The notes below the pieces were generated by a model. The model was not told where the DNA came from. It made no database searches and saw only the letters and a program-made list of their open reading frames with translations. Made by a program: the position numbers and the translations under genes. 64,000 nucleotides of DNA from Candidatus Latescibacterota bacterium (GTDB taxonomy: Bacteria; Latescibacterota; UBA2968), in assembly GCA_965204375.1 (NCBI GenBank), contig OZ241986.1, positions 384,001-448,000 of the forward strand. Reading direction: 5' to 3'. Positions 19,300 to 28,348 of the stretch are shown piece after piece (positions within the stretch are counted from its first letter, which is position 1; each line of letters opens with the position of its first letter).

Positions 19300-20613
19300 C
19301 TAAAAAACTTTATCGTCTTTGTTTTTCTTTTCAAGGGTATTTTCCCATCGGCGTTCGGGGGATTGAGGCGCGCGATCGATGAGTTTGTTGGGTTTGTCCA
19401 TCTGTTTTACCAGATCAAAGGCATCGTAGAGTTCACCCACAACGGTCATTGCGCGGTAGTGCAAGGTGTCGCCTGATACAGTAATGATCTGATAGAGCTG
19501 TGTGTTTTCCCCACCGCGCGTCATCCAGCGGTCTTTTCTAAGTTTGTATTGCTTGGGACCACTGACCGATACGACATAAACTGTGCCTTTGGTTGTGTCG
19601 CGCACGGTTACGCCGCTGCCGATGTTATTCCCTCTGGCATACGTGTGGTCGTGACCCTGAAGTACCAGATCGACAGCGTATTTGTCAAAGAGAGGTTTCC
19701 ACGCTTCGCGCAGGTCTTTGTTGTCGCGGCCTTCAGACGCCGAATAGACGGGATGATGGAATGTGACAAAGGTCCATTTATTGGGGTTGTTTTTGAGCAC
19801 TTGTTCCAACCAGGGCACCTGTTCTTCACGACCTTCATTGGAATTGAGTGAGATGATGCGTGCGCCCTGATAGTCTATGTAATAGGTCGTTTCCTCAAAG
19901 CCTTTGGGGCCATTTTCTGGCAGGGTGAAATGCGGACGCCATAGAACAGATAGGCGGCGTGTGACCCCATTTTTATAGTATTCGTGATTCCCCGGTGTAG
20001 AAATGCTGGGGATTTTTGCATGGATCCAGTCGCCAGATTCAAACCATTCCTGCCATTCGCTGTCTCTGTTTGCACGATTGACGAGGTCGCCTGCGTGGAG
20101 GATAAAGTCGGCATGGGGTGCGTCGAGCACGGCGGTTCGAATGGTGCGTGCCCAGAGAGCGAGCAAATTATTTTGTGCATCGCCAAAGTAGATGAAGGTG
20201 AATTCATCTGGTTCGGCAGAGGCTGTGCGAAATTGATACCAGGAACTCCAGATGTCACCGCTGCCCACGCGATAGGCGTAGAGGGTGTTGGGTTTGAGGC
20301 CCTTAAATGTGACCGAATGAAAATGGGCAGTATTTTTATTGTGTTCCCATTTTTCAGTGCGCGCTGTTTCGCTTCTGGCCCAGGTGGTAAAATTGGCCGA
20401 GGCATCGGCTTCTGCGATCTGTCCTTCGGCCTGTGCGATGCTCGTGTCGGTGCGCCAGGTGATCGATGCTGTGGTGGTGGGGTCTCCCGACCAGTTAAGT
20501 ATAATACGGTCGGGAATTTGTGAGGGAATGGAATCTACGGCAGCGCGGTAATGCTCGTTTGCATAAGCCGGGGCTGTGAATAGGAGCAGAAGGATGAGAC
20601 AGATCGGACGCAT
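19300..20613 (-). CDS. Secreted purple-acid-phosphatase-like metallophosphoesterase, canonical copy (GNHE, GHDH)
   Basis: Same architecture with canonical motifs; about 86% identical to its neighbour by manual count. Confidence 0.9.
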   Translation of the reverse strand: MRPICLILLLLFTAPAYANEHYRAAVDSIPSQIPDRIILNWSGDPTTTASITWRTDTSIAQAEGQIAEADASANFTTWARSETARTEKWEHNKNTAHFHSVTFKGLKPNTLYAYRVGSGDIWSSWYQFRTASAEPDEFTFIYFGDAQNNLLALWARTIRTAVLDAPHADFILHAGDLVNRANRDSEWQEWFESGDWIHAKIPSISTPGNHEYYKNGVTRRLSVLWRPHFTLPENGPKGFEETTYYIDYQGARIISLNSNEGREEQVPWLEQVLKNNPNKWTFVTFHHPVYSASEGRDNKDLREAWKPLFDKYAVDLVLQGHDHTYARGNNIGSGVTVRDTTKGTVYVVSVSGPKQYKLRKDRWMTRGGENTQLYQIITVSGDTLHYRAMTVVGELYDAFDLVKQMDKPNKLIDRAPQSPERRWENTLEKKNKDDKVF

Positions 20614-20703
20614 GGTGGTCTCCTGGTGTGGATGTGGAATTGATGTTTTGCTTATAAAGATACAATGTGTTCCAAATGAATAAAGACGAAATACAACTTT
20701 TAT

Positions 20704-21453
20704 TTAATCGATTTCAAGGGAGATTTCGTTGTTGAGTTGTTCGCGTTCGGAGCGCGAATCGGTTGTGGCGTAGTGGAGTATGAGTGCTTTGCGCCATGTG
20801 TTTGTGTGGTTTATTTCGCTGTGGTGCAGGGTGCATCCGTGGTGAAAAATGACAGATCCTGCTGGCACGGGACAGGCGACGGATTCGGGGAGAGCGATAT
20901 TTCTCGTATCGGGTATGTGATGCACGGGACGGTCTGGATCATGGGCGATGTCGAAGATGCCGTGTCTGTGTGAGCCGGGCACATAACGCATACAGCCATT
21001 GGTATCTGTGGCCTCGTCTAAGGCAATCCAGGCGGTGACGAGACCGTCGATGGGTTGTACGCGAAAATAGCTCTGGTCCTGGTGCGCTGGTTTGGCCTGA
21101 CCGCCTGGGGGCTTGAGCAGCATCTGGTCACGAAAAACGCGAATACGCGGCCCGATTAAGCCGCGCACGAGTGCGAGTAATTTGGGATGTCTGGCAATGG
21201 GGTGATAGGCGGGATCAAAGCGCACGACAAATGCGAGAACGCGCACACTTTGGTTTTGCGCTTCTGGATTTGATTTGTCTGTTACGGTATTGCCTTCAAG
21301 GCCTATTGAGACGCCCTCAGGTGCGCGATCCGGGTTGGCTACAATCTCGTCGGTGCGATGAATAACGCCAGCGAGTTCTTCTTTTTCAAAGAGGTTTTTT
21401 ACGACGAGGTAGCCGTGGGTGTCGTAAAATGTTTTCATACGGGGTTCAAACAC
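20704..21453 (-). CDS. Phytanoyl-CoA dioxygenase (PhyH) family protein
   Basis: HQD, TAWIALD, NGCMRYVPGSH, LHHS, WRKA; GTG start after AAGGAG. Confidence 0.9.
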   Translation of the reverse strand: MFEPRMKTFYDTHGYLVVKNLFEKEELAGVIHRTDEIVANPDRAPEGVSIGLEGNTVTDKSNPEAQNQSVRVLAFVVRFDPAYHPIARHPKLLALVRGLIGPRIRVFRDQMLLKPPGGQAKPAHQDQSYFRVQPIDGLVTAWIALDEATDTNGCMRYVPGSHRHGIFDIAHDPDRPVHHIPDTRNIALPESVACPVPAGSVIFHHGCTLHHSEINHTNTWRKALILHYATTDSRSEREQLNNEISLEID

Positions 21454-21473
21454 GGTGTTCTCCTTTGACGCGG

Positions 21474-21502
21474 AAAATACGGTTTTGAACCCAGTATGTC
21501 AA
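21474..21502 (-). promoter_or_regulatory. Sigma70-like promoter of the phyH-family gene
   Basis: TTGACA-N17-TATTTT about 20 nt upstream of the start. Confidence 0.55.
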
Positions 21503-21538
21503 GTGTGTGGGCAGAAGCAGGCTTTCACCTCTGCGTCT

Positions 21539-23920
21539 TTACTCATACCGCAATGCATCCACGGGATTTGCTCGCGCAGCTTTGATGGCTTGATAGCTTA
21601 CGGTCAGAAGCGCGATGAGTAAGGCGATGAGGCCGCTCAGGATAAATGTGCTGATGTCCAGGTTGATGCGGTAAGCGAAGCTCTGGAGCCACTGATTCAT
21701 TGCGTAGTATGCGACAGGCCAGGCGATGAGATTGGCGATGAGGACGAGTTTGAGAAAATTTTTAGAGAGCAGGCATACAATGTTCGGGATAGAGGCTCCG
21801 AGGATTTTGCGAATGCCGATTTCCTTGGTGCGCTGTTGGGTAGTAAACGCAGCCAGACCAAAGAGTCCGAGGCAGGCGATGAGGATGGCGAGGCCGGAAA
21901 AGATTTGGAAGACGTGGGACATTTGTTGTTCCCGGTTGTAGAGCCTGGCGTAATCCTGGTCTAAGAATGTGTAGTTGAAGGGCTGATTTGGAGCGAATTT
22001 TTTCCAGGTTTCTTCAACCGCAGATATAGCTTCTGCGACATTGCCGAGGTGGAGACGAATGGCAATATACATTGGAAACCGGTGCAGATAGGGCAATACG
22101 AGCGGTTTAATTTCCTGTTTGAGTGAGCCGATGTGGAAATCGGATACGACACCGATTATTGTTCCTTCGATTCCGCTGGCTCTTTTGATTTTTTTGCCGA
22201 GTGCGGTTTGCCACCCCAGTGCTTTGACTGCAGATTGGTTGACGAGAAATGCAGAGACATCTGTTGCATGTTCTGTGGGGGCAAAGTTGCGGCCTTCTAC
22301 AATTTCTATATTCAGGGCTTCGACGTATTTTTCATCTACCAATGTGTATGTGAGGGATGTTTTTTCATAATTTGCCGGTTGTTCGGGTATGAAGATCATG
22401 GAATCAAAATCACGCCCTGGTACGCCTGTATTGAGTGAGGCAGTAGCTACTTGCGGCAGTGTTTCAAATTGGTTTCTGAATGTCATGGCTTGTCTGGGAG
22501 AGGTCAGGGTACGCGGTATCCCCTGGAGAACGAGGACGTGTTCTTTGTCAAATCCGAGGTGTTTATTTTGTGCGAAATGAAGCTGGTTGCGGACGACGAA
22601 GGTGCCGGCCAATAGACTGATGGAAATGCAAAACTGTGCGATGACCAGCCCATTGCGAAGATAGGCTTTGCCCGATGATATATATCCTTTGAGCGCTGTA
22701 ACAGGCCAGAATGAGGAGAGGTAAAGTGCCGGATACATGCCGGATAGGAGGCTGACGACGATGATGAGGGCAAATAATCCGATGAGCACGTGGGGCGCGA
22801 TCAGACTGCCCATTGTGAGGTGTTTGTTGGCAAGACTATTGAGGAGTGGCAGTCCCAATTCGCACATACCAATTGCGAGAAGACTCGAAAGGACGACGCA
22901 GATGGTGGATTCTGAGAAGAATTGGCGAATGAGTTGCGAGCGGTGAGAGCCGAGGACTTTTCGCACGCCGACTTCTCGGGCGCGGGTTGATGAACGCGCT
23001 GTGGAGAGGTTGACGAAGTTGATGCAGGCGAGTAGCAGGACAAAAATGGCGATGAGTGAAAAGATATAGACATATATGATGTTGCTATTTGCAGTGATTT
23101 CATATCTGAGGTTCGAATGTAAATGGATGTCTGTGAGGGGTTGTATGAGATAGTTAGTGTGGTAGCCGGGCATGGGAGGCATTTTGCTCAAGATGTGTTC
23201 GCGAACATAAGTTGTAAATTTGGTTTGCAATTCAGAGGCAGATGCCCCGTCTTTTAACACGAGGTACGTATAAACAGTGGCCGATCCCCAGGATGATTTT
23301 CTGCGCTCGATAATGGGGAGTGTTTTGAGGGGGGCGAGAAAGTCGAAGTGAAAGTGGGACTGGGGTGGAAATTCTTTGACCACGCCCGTGACTTGAAGCG
23401 ATTTGCCATCGTTGAGTTCAAGGGTTTGTCCCATTGGATCGCGATTGGGAAAGTAACGCTGCGCGCTTTGTGCGGTGAGGATGACGGCGTTGGGCGAATT
23501 GAGTGCTGTTGTGGGATCTCCCGCGATGAAGGGGACGGTAAAGACATCGAAAAAGCTGCTTTCTGTGTAGTAGAAATTTTTCTCGATGACATAATTCGAT
23601 TCTCGGCGGATAGTTTGATTTTCTCGTCTCAATCGCGTGCTGTGGACTACTTCTGGAAATTTTTCTTTCAGTGTTTCAGATATGGGAACTTCAACATAGG
23701 GAATGGTCCATTCGTTGTCGCCGTATCGGGCGTTCCACAAAACGCGATGAATCCGGTCGGCATTTTTGTGAAATCGATCGTAGCTCAGTTCGTCCTGTAC
23801 AAAGAGCATGATCAACATGCAGCACGCTATACCAACGGCGAGTCCAGAGATGTTGACAAAAGAATAGACTTTGTGACGCAAGAGTGTGCGGATGGCGACG
23901 GTGATGTGGTTTTTGAACAT
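21539..23920 (-). CDS. MacB/FtsX-like duplicated-domain ABC transporter permease
   Basis: LLACINFVNL..RAREVGVRKVLG and RTKEIGIRKILGAS repeats, NPVDALRYE end; AGGAGGAG RBS before ATG 23920. Confidence 0.9.
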   Translation of the reverse strand: MFKNHITVAIRTLLRHKVYSFVNISGLAVGIACCMLIMLFVQDELSYDRFHKNADRIHRVLWNARYGDNEWTIPYVEVPISETLKEKFPEVVHSTRLRRENQTIRRESNYVIEKNFYYTESSFFDVFTVPFIAGDPTTALNSPNAVILTAQSAQRYFPNRDPMGQTLELNDGKSLQVTGVVKEFPPQSHFHFDFLAPLKTLPIIERRKSSWGSATVYTYLVLKDGASASELQTKFTTYVREHILSKMPPMPGYHTNYLIQPLTDIHLHSNLRYEITANSNIIYVYIFSLIAIFVLLLACINFVNLSTARSSTRAREVGVRKVLGSHRSQLIRQFFSESTICVVLSSLLAIGMCELGLPLLNSLANKHLTMGSLIAPHVLIGLFALIIVVSLLSGMYPALYLSSFWPVTALKGYISSGKAYLRNGLVIAQFCISISLLAGTFVVRNQLHFAQNKHLGFDKEHVLVLQGIPRTLTSPRQAMTFRNQFETLPQVATASLNTGVPGRDFDSMIFIPEQPANYEKTSLTYTLVDEKYVEALNIEIVEGRNFAPTEHATDVSAFLVNQSAVKALGWQTALGKKIKRASGIEGTIIGVVSDFHIGSLKQEIKPLVLPYLHRFPMYIAIRLHLGNVAEAISAVEETWKKFAPNQPFNYTFLDQDYARLYNREQQMSHVFQIFSGLAILIACLGLFGLAAFTTQQRTKEIGIRKILGASIPNIVCLLSKNFLKLVLIANLIAWPVAYYAMNQWLQSFAYRINLDISTFILSGLIALLIALLTVSYQAIKAARANPVDALRYE

Positions 23921-23969
23921 GTCTCCTCCTGTTGAAATATACGATAGACGATCAAGTGGTATTTTTAGA

Positions 23970-23986
23970 AGCAATAACCGTGCCAA
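23970..23986 (-). promoter_or_regulatory. Sigma-54 (-24/-12) promoter of the permease
   Basis: TTGGCACGGTTATTGCT matches TGGCACG-N4-TTGCW. Confidence 0.8.
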
Positions 23987-24050
23987 AAACTATTTGTGTA
24001 TATTTTTCAACAGGTTAAGTAAAAATAGGGATTTGATAGCCGCATGCAAG

Positions 24051-24089
24051 TGTCCGATAATGATACAGTAGTGTCCGTTTTCGGACACT
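24051..24089. promoter_or_regulatory. Tandem palindromic sites, probable enhancer-binding-protein UAS
   Basis: TGTCCGATAATGATACA and AGTGTCCGTTTTCGGACACT about 65-105 nt upstream of the -24 box; IHF-like TTTCAACAGGTTA at ~24005-24017. Confidence 0.65.
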
Positions 24090-24121
24090 TGACACACAAA
24101 TAATCTATGCCTTGAAACTGA

Positions 24122-24150
24122 ACTATTTTGGAGGATAGTTCCAAAATGGT
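24122..24150. other. Inverted repeat downstream of the deaminase gene (possible terminator or REP-like element)
   Basis: ACTATTTTGGA-N7-TCCAAAATGGT. Confidence 0.4.
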
Positions 24151-24189
24151 ACACTATTCTCGAGGTTTAAGAATCGGTTTGTCCAACCG

Positions 24190-25542
24190 TTAGATACGCG
24201 GTGGGCGCAGGCTTCCCAGTTGAAATTTGCGGGGATCGCCGAGGCGTTTGTCCAGGGTTTCGGGTGTCCAGTTGGTGTGGGTGAGTGCCCAGTCGATTTC
24301 GCTGGCGAGCGGGCTGTCGAAGATGCCGGGGTCGTCTGCGCCGATGACGAGATTGACGTTTGATTTGAGGAATGTGTGGATGGGGTGATGAGCGGGATCG
24401 GGCACGCCGCCTATGCGGAGATTGGAGGTGGGGCACGTTTCGATGACTGTGCCGAGTTGGGTGAGGCGGTTGAGAACAAATTGCTGTCGGTTGCGGATTT
24501 CTTCGAGGCGTTGGGGATTGTAAGGGCGCTCGACTATTTCGTCGGGCGCTCGATTTTTCAGGATTTGTCGTTCGGTTTGGAGTGCGCTGGCGTTCACTTC
24601 GATATCGTAAGCCGAAAGCTCTGAGGCGTGGGTGAGATCGTAAGCGATCTGGTCGAGGCGTTCGCTGACCCGTTCTCCCACATGTGCATCGGGACGACGC
24701 GCAATCGCGACTGCCGGATCGAGGCCGAGTGCTATGGCATGGCCCAATCGTCTGGCGCCCATTTCGGCGACTTCGTGACACCAGCGTATCGCGCTTTCGA
24801 GGGATTTGTCAAAATAGCTTTCGCCTACGTGATAGGTGATTTCGAGGGCGCGTTCGGGGTGTTGTTGGTTATCTTTGTGCAGGCGTTGGAAGAGTTCACG
24901 GTTGTCTTTGGGGGGATAACCTTCTTCGATGTCGGCAAAGTCAATGCCGACGATGGTGGGTATGAGTTCGGGGTTTTCGTCCAGGAGTTCTTGCACCCAT
25001 TCGTAGTCTTGTTGTGCGGTCTGGCGGTGCAGGGTGATGATGTAGCGCGCGGTTGTGTCGTTTTGCGATGCGTTTGAGAGGATTTGGGCATTTGTGCGGT
25101 GAAAGTCGATGAATCCCTCTCGAGTTTCCCCACCGCCGCTGGTACGGTATTCGATAAAGGTGATACCTTCTTTGCGATGTCGGTCATGTGCTTTGAAAAA
25201 CGCCTTGATCAGGAGTTCTTGGCTTTTGGGCGGGTGTCTCAAAAGGCTGCTGATGAGGTTGAATTTGGCTTTAAACCGGCCAAAGTCGCCCCCGTCTTTT
25301 TCGGTGTAGATGTAGTGTTCTTTAAATTTGGCAAGTCCTGTGGTTGGATTGGATATGGCATCGCGATAGAGCGCGATGGGATCCGGGCGAATACCATAAG
25401 CTTCTTCATAGGCGTCTGTAAAAAGCGTCCAGTCAATGTCTTCGTAAAGGTCTTTGCCGAGTTCTATGAGGTCTTCGGCGGTCAAGCATCCGCCAGGGTG
25501 GACGTGGAGTTCACAGGTTTTGGCTAAGTGGAGTGGGGACAT
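24190..25542 (-). CDS. Adenosine deaminase family metallo-hydrolase
   Basis: ELHVH, YHVGES, RLGHA, ETCPTSN, GADDPG. Confidence 0.85.
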   Translation of the reverse strand: MSPLHLAKTCELHVHPGGCLTAEDLIELGKDLYEDIDWTLFTDAYEEAYGIRPDPIALYRDAISNPTTGLAKFKEHYIYTEKDGGDFGRFKAKFNLISSLLRHPPKSQELLIKAFFKAHDRHRKEGITFIEYRTSGGGETREGFIDFHRTNAQILSNASQNDTTARYIITLHRQTAQQDYEWVQELLDENPELIPTIVGIDFADIEEGYPPKDNRELFQRLHKDNQQHPERALEITYHVGESYFDKSLESAIRWCHEVAEMGARRLGHAIALGLDPAVAIARRPDAHVGERVSERLDQIAYDLTHASELSAYDIEVNASALQTERQILKNRAPDEIVERPYNPQRLEEIRNRQQFVLNRLTQLGTVIETCPTSNLRIGGVPDPAHHPIHTFLKSNVNLVIGADDPGIFDSPLASEIDWALTHTNWTPETLDKRLGDPRKFQLGSLRPPRI

Positions 25543-25678
25543 AGGGTATTCCTCTGAGATTTTGTCGGGCCGAGTTCTTATACATAAAAAAGTTAAGAGA
25601 ATTCACAGAGTGAGACAATAAGGAAAGATGTACCTATTTTCAGATTGAAAAATGTCTTAAATGAAGGCAATTCACCAC

Positions 25679-25707
25679 TTGACGCGGCTTGTTATTTGTG
25701 ATATTTT
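25679..25707 (+). promoter_or_regulatory. Sigma70-like promoter
   Basis: TTGACG-N17-TATTTT with TG extension. Confidence 0.5.
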
Positions 25708-25729
25708 ATGAAGTGAGGTAATCGCGCAA

Positions 25730-25972
25730 ATGGAGGCTTACATGACCCTACAGTTGTTGATTTTTATCGCTGCAATGATTTATCTGTGTTGGGTATCCGT
25801 TCGGTATTGGAAACGTCGCAATCGCAAAGATGGTCCGCTTATTGAAGTGGTTGAAAATAAGCCGGTGAGTAAGCCGTATAGACAGAGACGTGTGCAAAAG
25901 AAAAAAGAGTCCGATGCCGACCGCGAGTGGCGCAAGCGCGTGCAGGACGAAATTGAAGATATGACAAAATAA
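25730..25972 (+). CDS. Small single-pass membrane protein
   Basis: N-terminal hydrophobic helix followed by a basic tail; own promoter, GAGGT RBS and terminator. Confidence 0.65.
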   Translation: MEAYMTLQLLIFIAAMIYLCWVSVRYWKRRNRKDGPLIEVVENKPVSKPYRQRRVQKKKESDADREWRKRVQDEIEDMTK

Positions 25973-26016
25973 AGTCGCGGGTCGAAAATCATTTATTTTC
26001 AGCGTTTAGGTATAAC

Positions 26017-26046
26017 AAAAACCTCATCCTATTGGATGGGGTTTTT
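26017..26046 (+). terminator. Intrinsic terminator
   Basis: AAAAACCTCATCC-TATT-GGATGGGGTTTTT. Confidence 0.7.
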
Positions 26047-26121
26047 ATTATGCTTGCACTTGAGCGATTTGCTTGCTACGTTACTCGTGAGCGAGCAAAC
26101 CCTTTGAATGGGATATTGGAT

Positions 26122-27249
26122 ATGCGAGAATATTTGATTATCGATGGTCATCTCGATATGGCGTTTAACGCGCTGTTTTATCGCCGGGATCTCACGCAGT
26201 CTGTATATGTGTTGCGCGAGCGCGAAGACAGTATGGTGGGAGGATTGTCAAACCATCCGGATTCGCTGGAGAAACGACGGGGACCACAACCCAAGCGGTT
26301 TACGCCAACTGTTTGTTTGCCCGAGATGCGCAAAGGGCGTGTGGGGATTATGCTTTCGACCATTATGTGTCGCGTGCAAAATCCACAGGACAATACGCAC
26401 AATGCGGTGCGCACACAGGATGTGGCTTATGCACGGGGGCAATCTCATCTGGCGTATTATCGGGCACTGGAACGGTGTGGAGAAATTCGGTTTATCAAGT
26501 CTGTTGCAGATCTCAATGCCTGTGTTGCTGACTGGGAAGATCCATCTGAAGATACGCCCGTAGGGCTTATTTTGTCGATGGAAAGTGCCGATCCGATTCT
26601 GGGTCCCGATCAGGTGGGTGAATGGTATGAAGCGGGGCTGAGATCGGTGTCTTTGACGCATTTTGGCGCCAATACGTATGGGCATGGCACGGGTACAGTG
26701 GGTGGGCTATATCCACCGGCTTACGCGCTGATGGATGCGCTGTCTGAGACCGATATTGCGCTGGATCTGACTCATGCGGCAGACCTCACTTTCTGGCATA
26801 TTCTCGATTATTGGAAGGGACCAGTGCATGCCAGCCATTGCAATTGTCGCGCATTGGTGCCGGGGCAGCGGCATTTGTCGGATGATATGATTCGTGCGAT
26901 CACGGACCGGGGTGGCGTAATTGGGATGGTTTTTGCCGAGCAGATGCTGTCTCCTGCCTGGAATTGGGACGATCCGAGTACACATTATACCACGGCAACC
27001 CGACCGATGAAGGCAGTGCTCGAACATATCGATCACATCTGCGAACTGACTGGCAGTACGGATCACGTGGCTTATGGCACGGATCTGGACGGTGGTTTTG
27101 GGTTGGAGCTTTCGCCCACAGATTATCATACGATTGACGATTTGCAGCGCTTTCTAAATCTCATGCGCGATCACGGCTATGGAGAAGACGACGTGAAGGG
27201 TTTTGCGCATGGGAATTTGGTTCGATTTTTTAATATAGCCTGGGGATGA
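26122..27249 (+). CDS. Membrane dipeptidase (peptidase M19) family protein
   Basis: IIDGHLD, SMESAD, DLTH, ASHCNCR, GTDLDGG; ATG 26122 aligns with the paralog start. Confidence 0.88.
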   Translation: MREYLIIDGHLDMAFNALFYRRDLTQSVYVLREREDSMVGGLSNHPDSLEKRRGPQPKRFTPTVCLPEMRKGRVGIMLSTIMCRVQNPQDNTHNAVRTQDVAYARGQSHLAYYRALERCGEIRFIKSVADLNACVADWEDPSEDTPVGLILSMESADPILGPDQVGEWYEAGLRSVSLTHFGANTYGHGTGTVGGLYPPAYALMDALSETDIALDLTHAADLTFWHILDYWKGPVHASHCNCRALVPGQRHLSDDMIRAITDRGGVIGMVFAEQMLSPAWNWDDPSTHYTTATRPMKAVLEHIDHICELTGSTDHVAYGTDLDGGFGLELSPTDYHTIDDLQRFLNLMRDHGYGEDDVKGFAHGNLVRFFNIAWG

Positions 27250-27250
27250 C

Positions 27251-28336
27251 ATGGCCGATCATACTTACTTCATTGTCGATAGCCACTTAGATCTCGCCTT
27301 TTGCGCTATTCAGGTCAATCGCGATCTCACGCAACCCGCGGCAACCGTACGGGTACACGATTCGGAACTGACTACGCGCAGTTTTGGGTCGTGTACGACT
27401 ACGTTTCCCGAGTTGCACAAGGGGCGTGTGGGGATTGTGTTTGGCACTGTGATGTCGCGTATTGATACCAATGATCGCTGGACGCGCACGGGGATGTGGG
27501 ATCAGACGCAGTGTTATGGTGTCGGGAGGGGACATTACGCCTTTTATAAGGCGATGGAGCGACGGGGGATTATTCGGCAGATTCATACGGTTGAGGATTT
27601 GGACGCCTGTGTTGCGGCGTGGACGCAGCCTTCGGCAGATACTCCGATTGGGCTGGTGCTGGCGATGGAAAGCGCCGATCCGATTCTCGATCCCGATCAG
27701 GTACCCGAATGGCGCGATTTGGGGTTGAAAATGGTGAGTATTTCGCATTATGGCGTGAGTTCTTATTGCCACGGAACAGGGACGGAAGGGGGATTGCTGG
27801 ATCGGGGCAGGCCATTGCTCGACGCGCTCAAAGCCGCGGGGATTATCGTGGATATGACACATACGACCGATCAGGCTTTCTGGGAAATTCTCGATTATTA
27901 CGATGGACCGGTGGCTGCAAGCCATCACAATTGTCGGGCATTGACGCCCGGGCAGCGGCAGTTGACTGATGATATGATCCGCGCGATTGTTGAACGCGGT
28001 GGAGTTATTGGCGCGGCTTTTGATGTGTGGATGCTTGATCCAGAGTGGGAGCGGGGGGTGCCGTGTTATGAACAGACCACAAAGGCGACGCTCGATACTG
28101 TGGTTGATCACATTGATCATGTGTGTCAGCTTGCTGGCAATGCCAATCATTCGGGCATTGGGACGGATCTGGATGGGGGGTATGGCCAGGAACAGTCGCC
28201 GCGAGATTTAAATACAATTGCCGATTTGCAGAATCTGGTACCCATTTTTGAACGGCGCGGATATTCAGAAGAAGATATTCAAAAGGTGTTGTCGGGAAAT
28301 TGGGTGCGGTTGTTGAAATCGGTGTGGGAAAAGTGA
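27251..28336 (+). CDS. Membrane dipeptidase (peptidase M19) family protein, tandem paralog
   Basis: IVDSHLD, AMESAD, ASHHNCR, GTDLDGG. Confidence 0.88.
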   Translation: MADHTYFIVDSHLDLAFCAIQVNRDLTQPAATVRVHDSELTTRSFGSCTTTFPELHKGRVGIVFGTVMSRIDTNDRWTRTGMWDQTQCYGVGRGHYAFYKAMERRGIIRQIHTVEDLDACVAAWTQPSADTPIGLVLAMESADPILDPDQVPEWRDLGLKMVSISHYGVSSYCHGTGTEGGLLDRGRPLLDALKAAGIIVDMTHTTDQAFWEILDYYDGPVAASHHNCRALTPGQRQLTDDMIRAIVERGGVIGAAFDVWMLDPEWERGVPCYEQTTKATLDTVVDHIDHVCQLAGNANHSGIGTDLDGGYGQEQSPRDLNTIADLQNLVPIFERRGYSEEDIQKVLSGNWVRLLKSVWEK

Positions 28337-28348
28337 GAGGATACAAAA

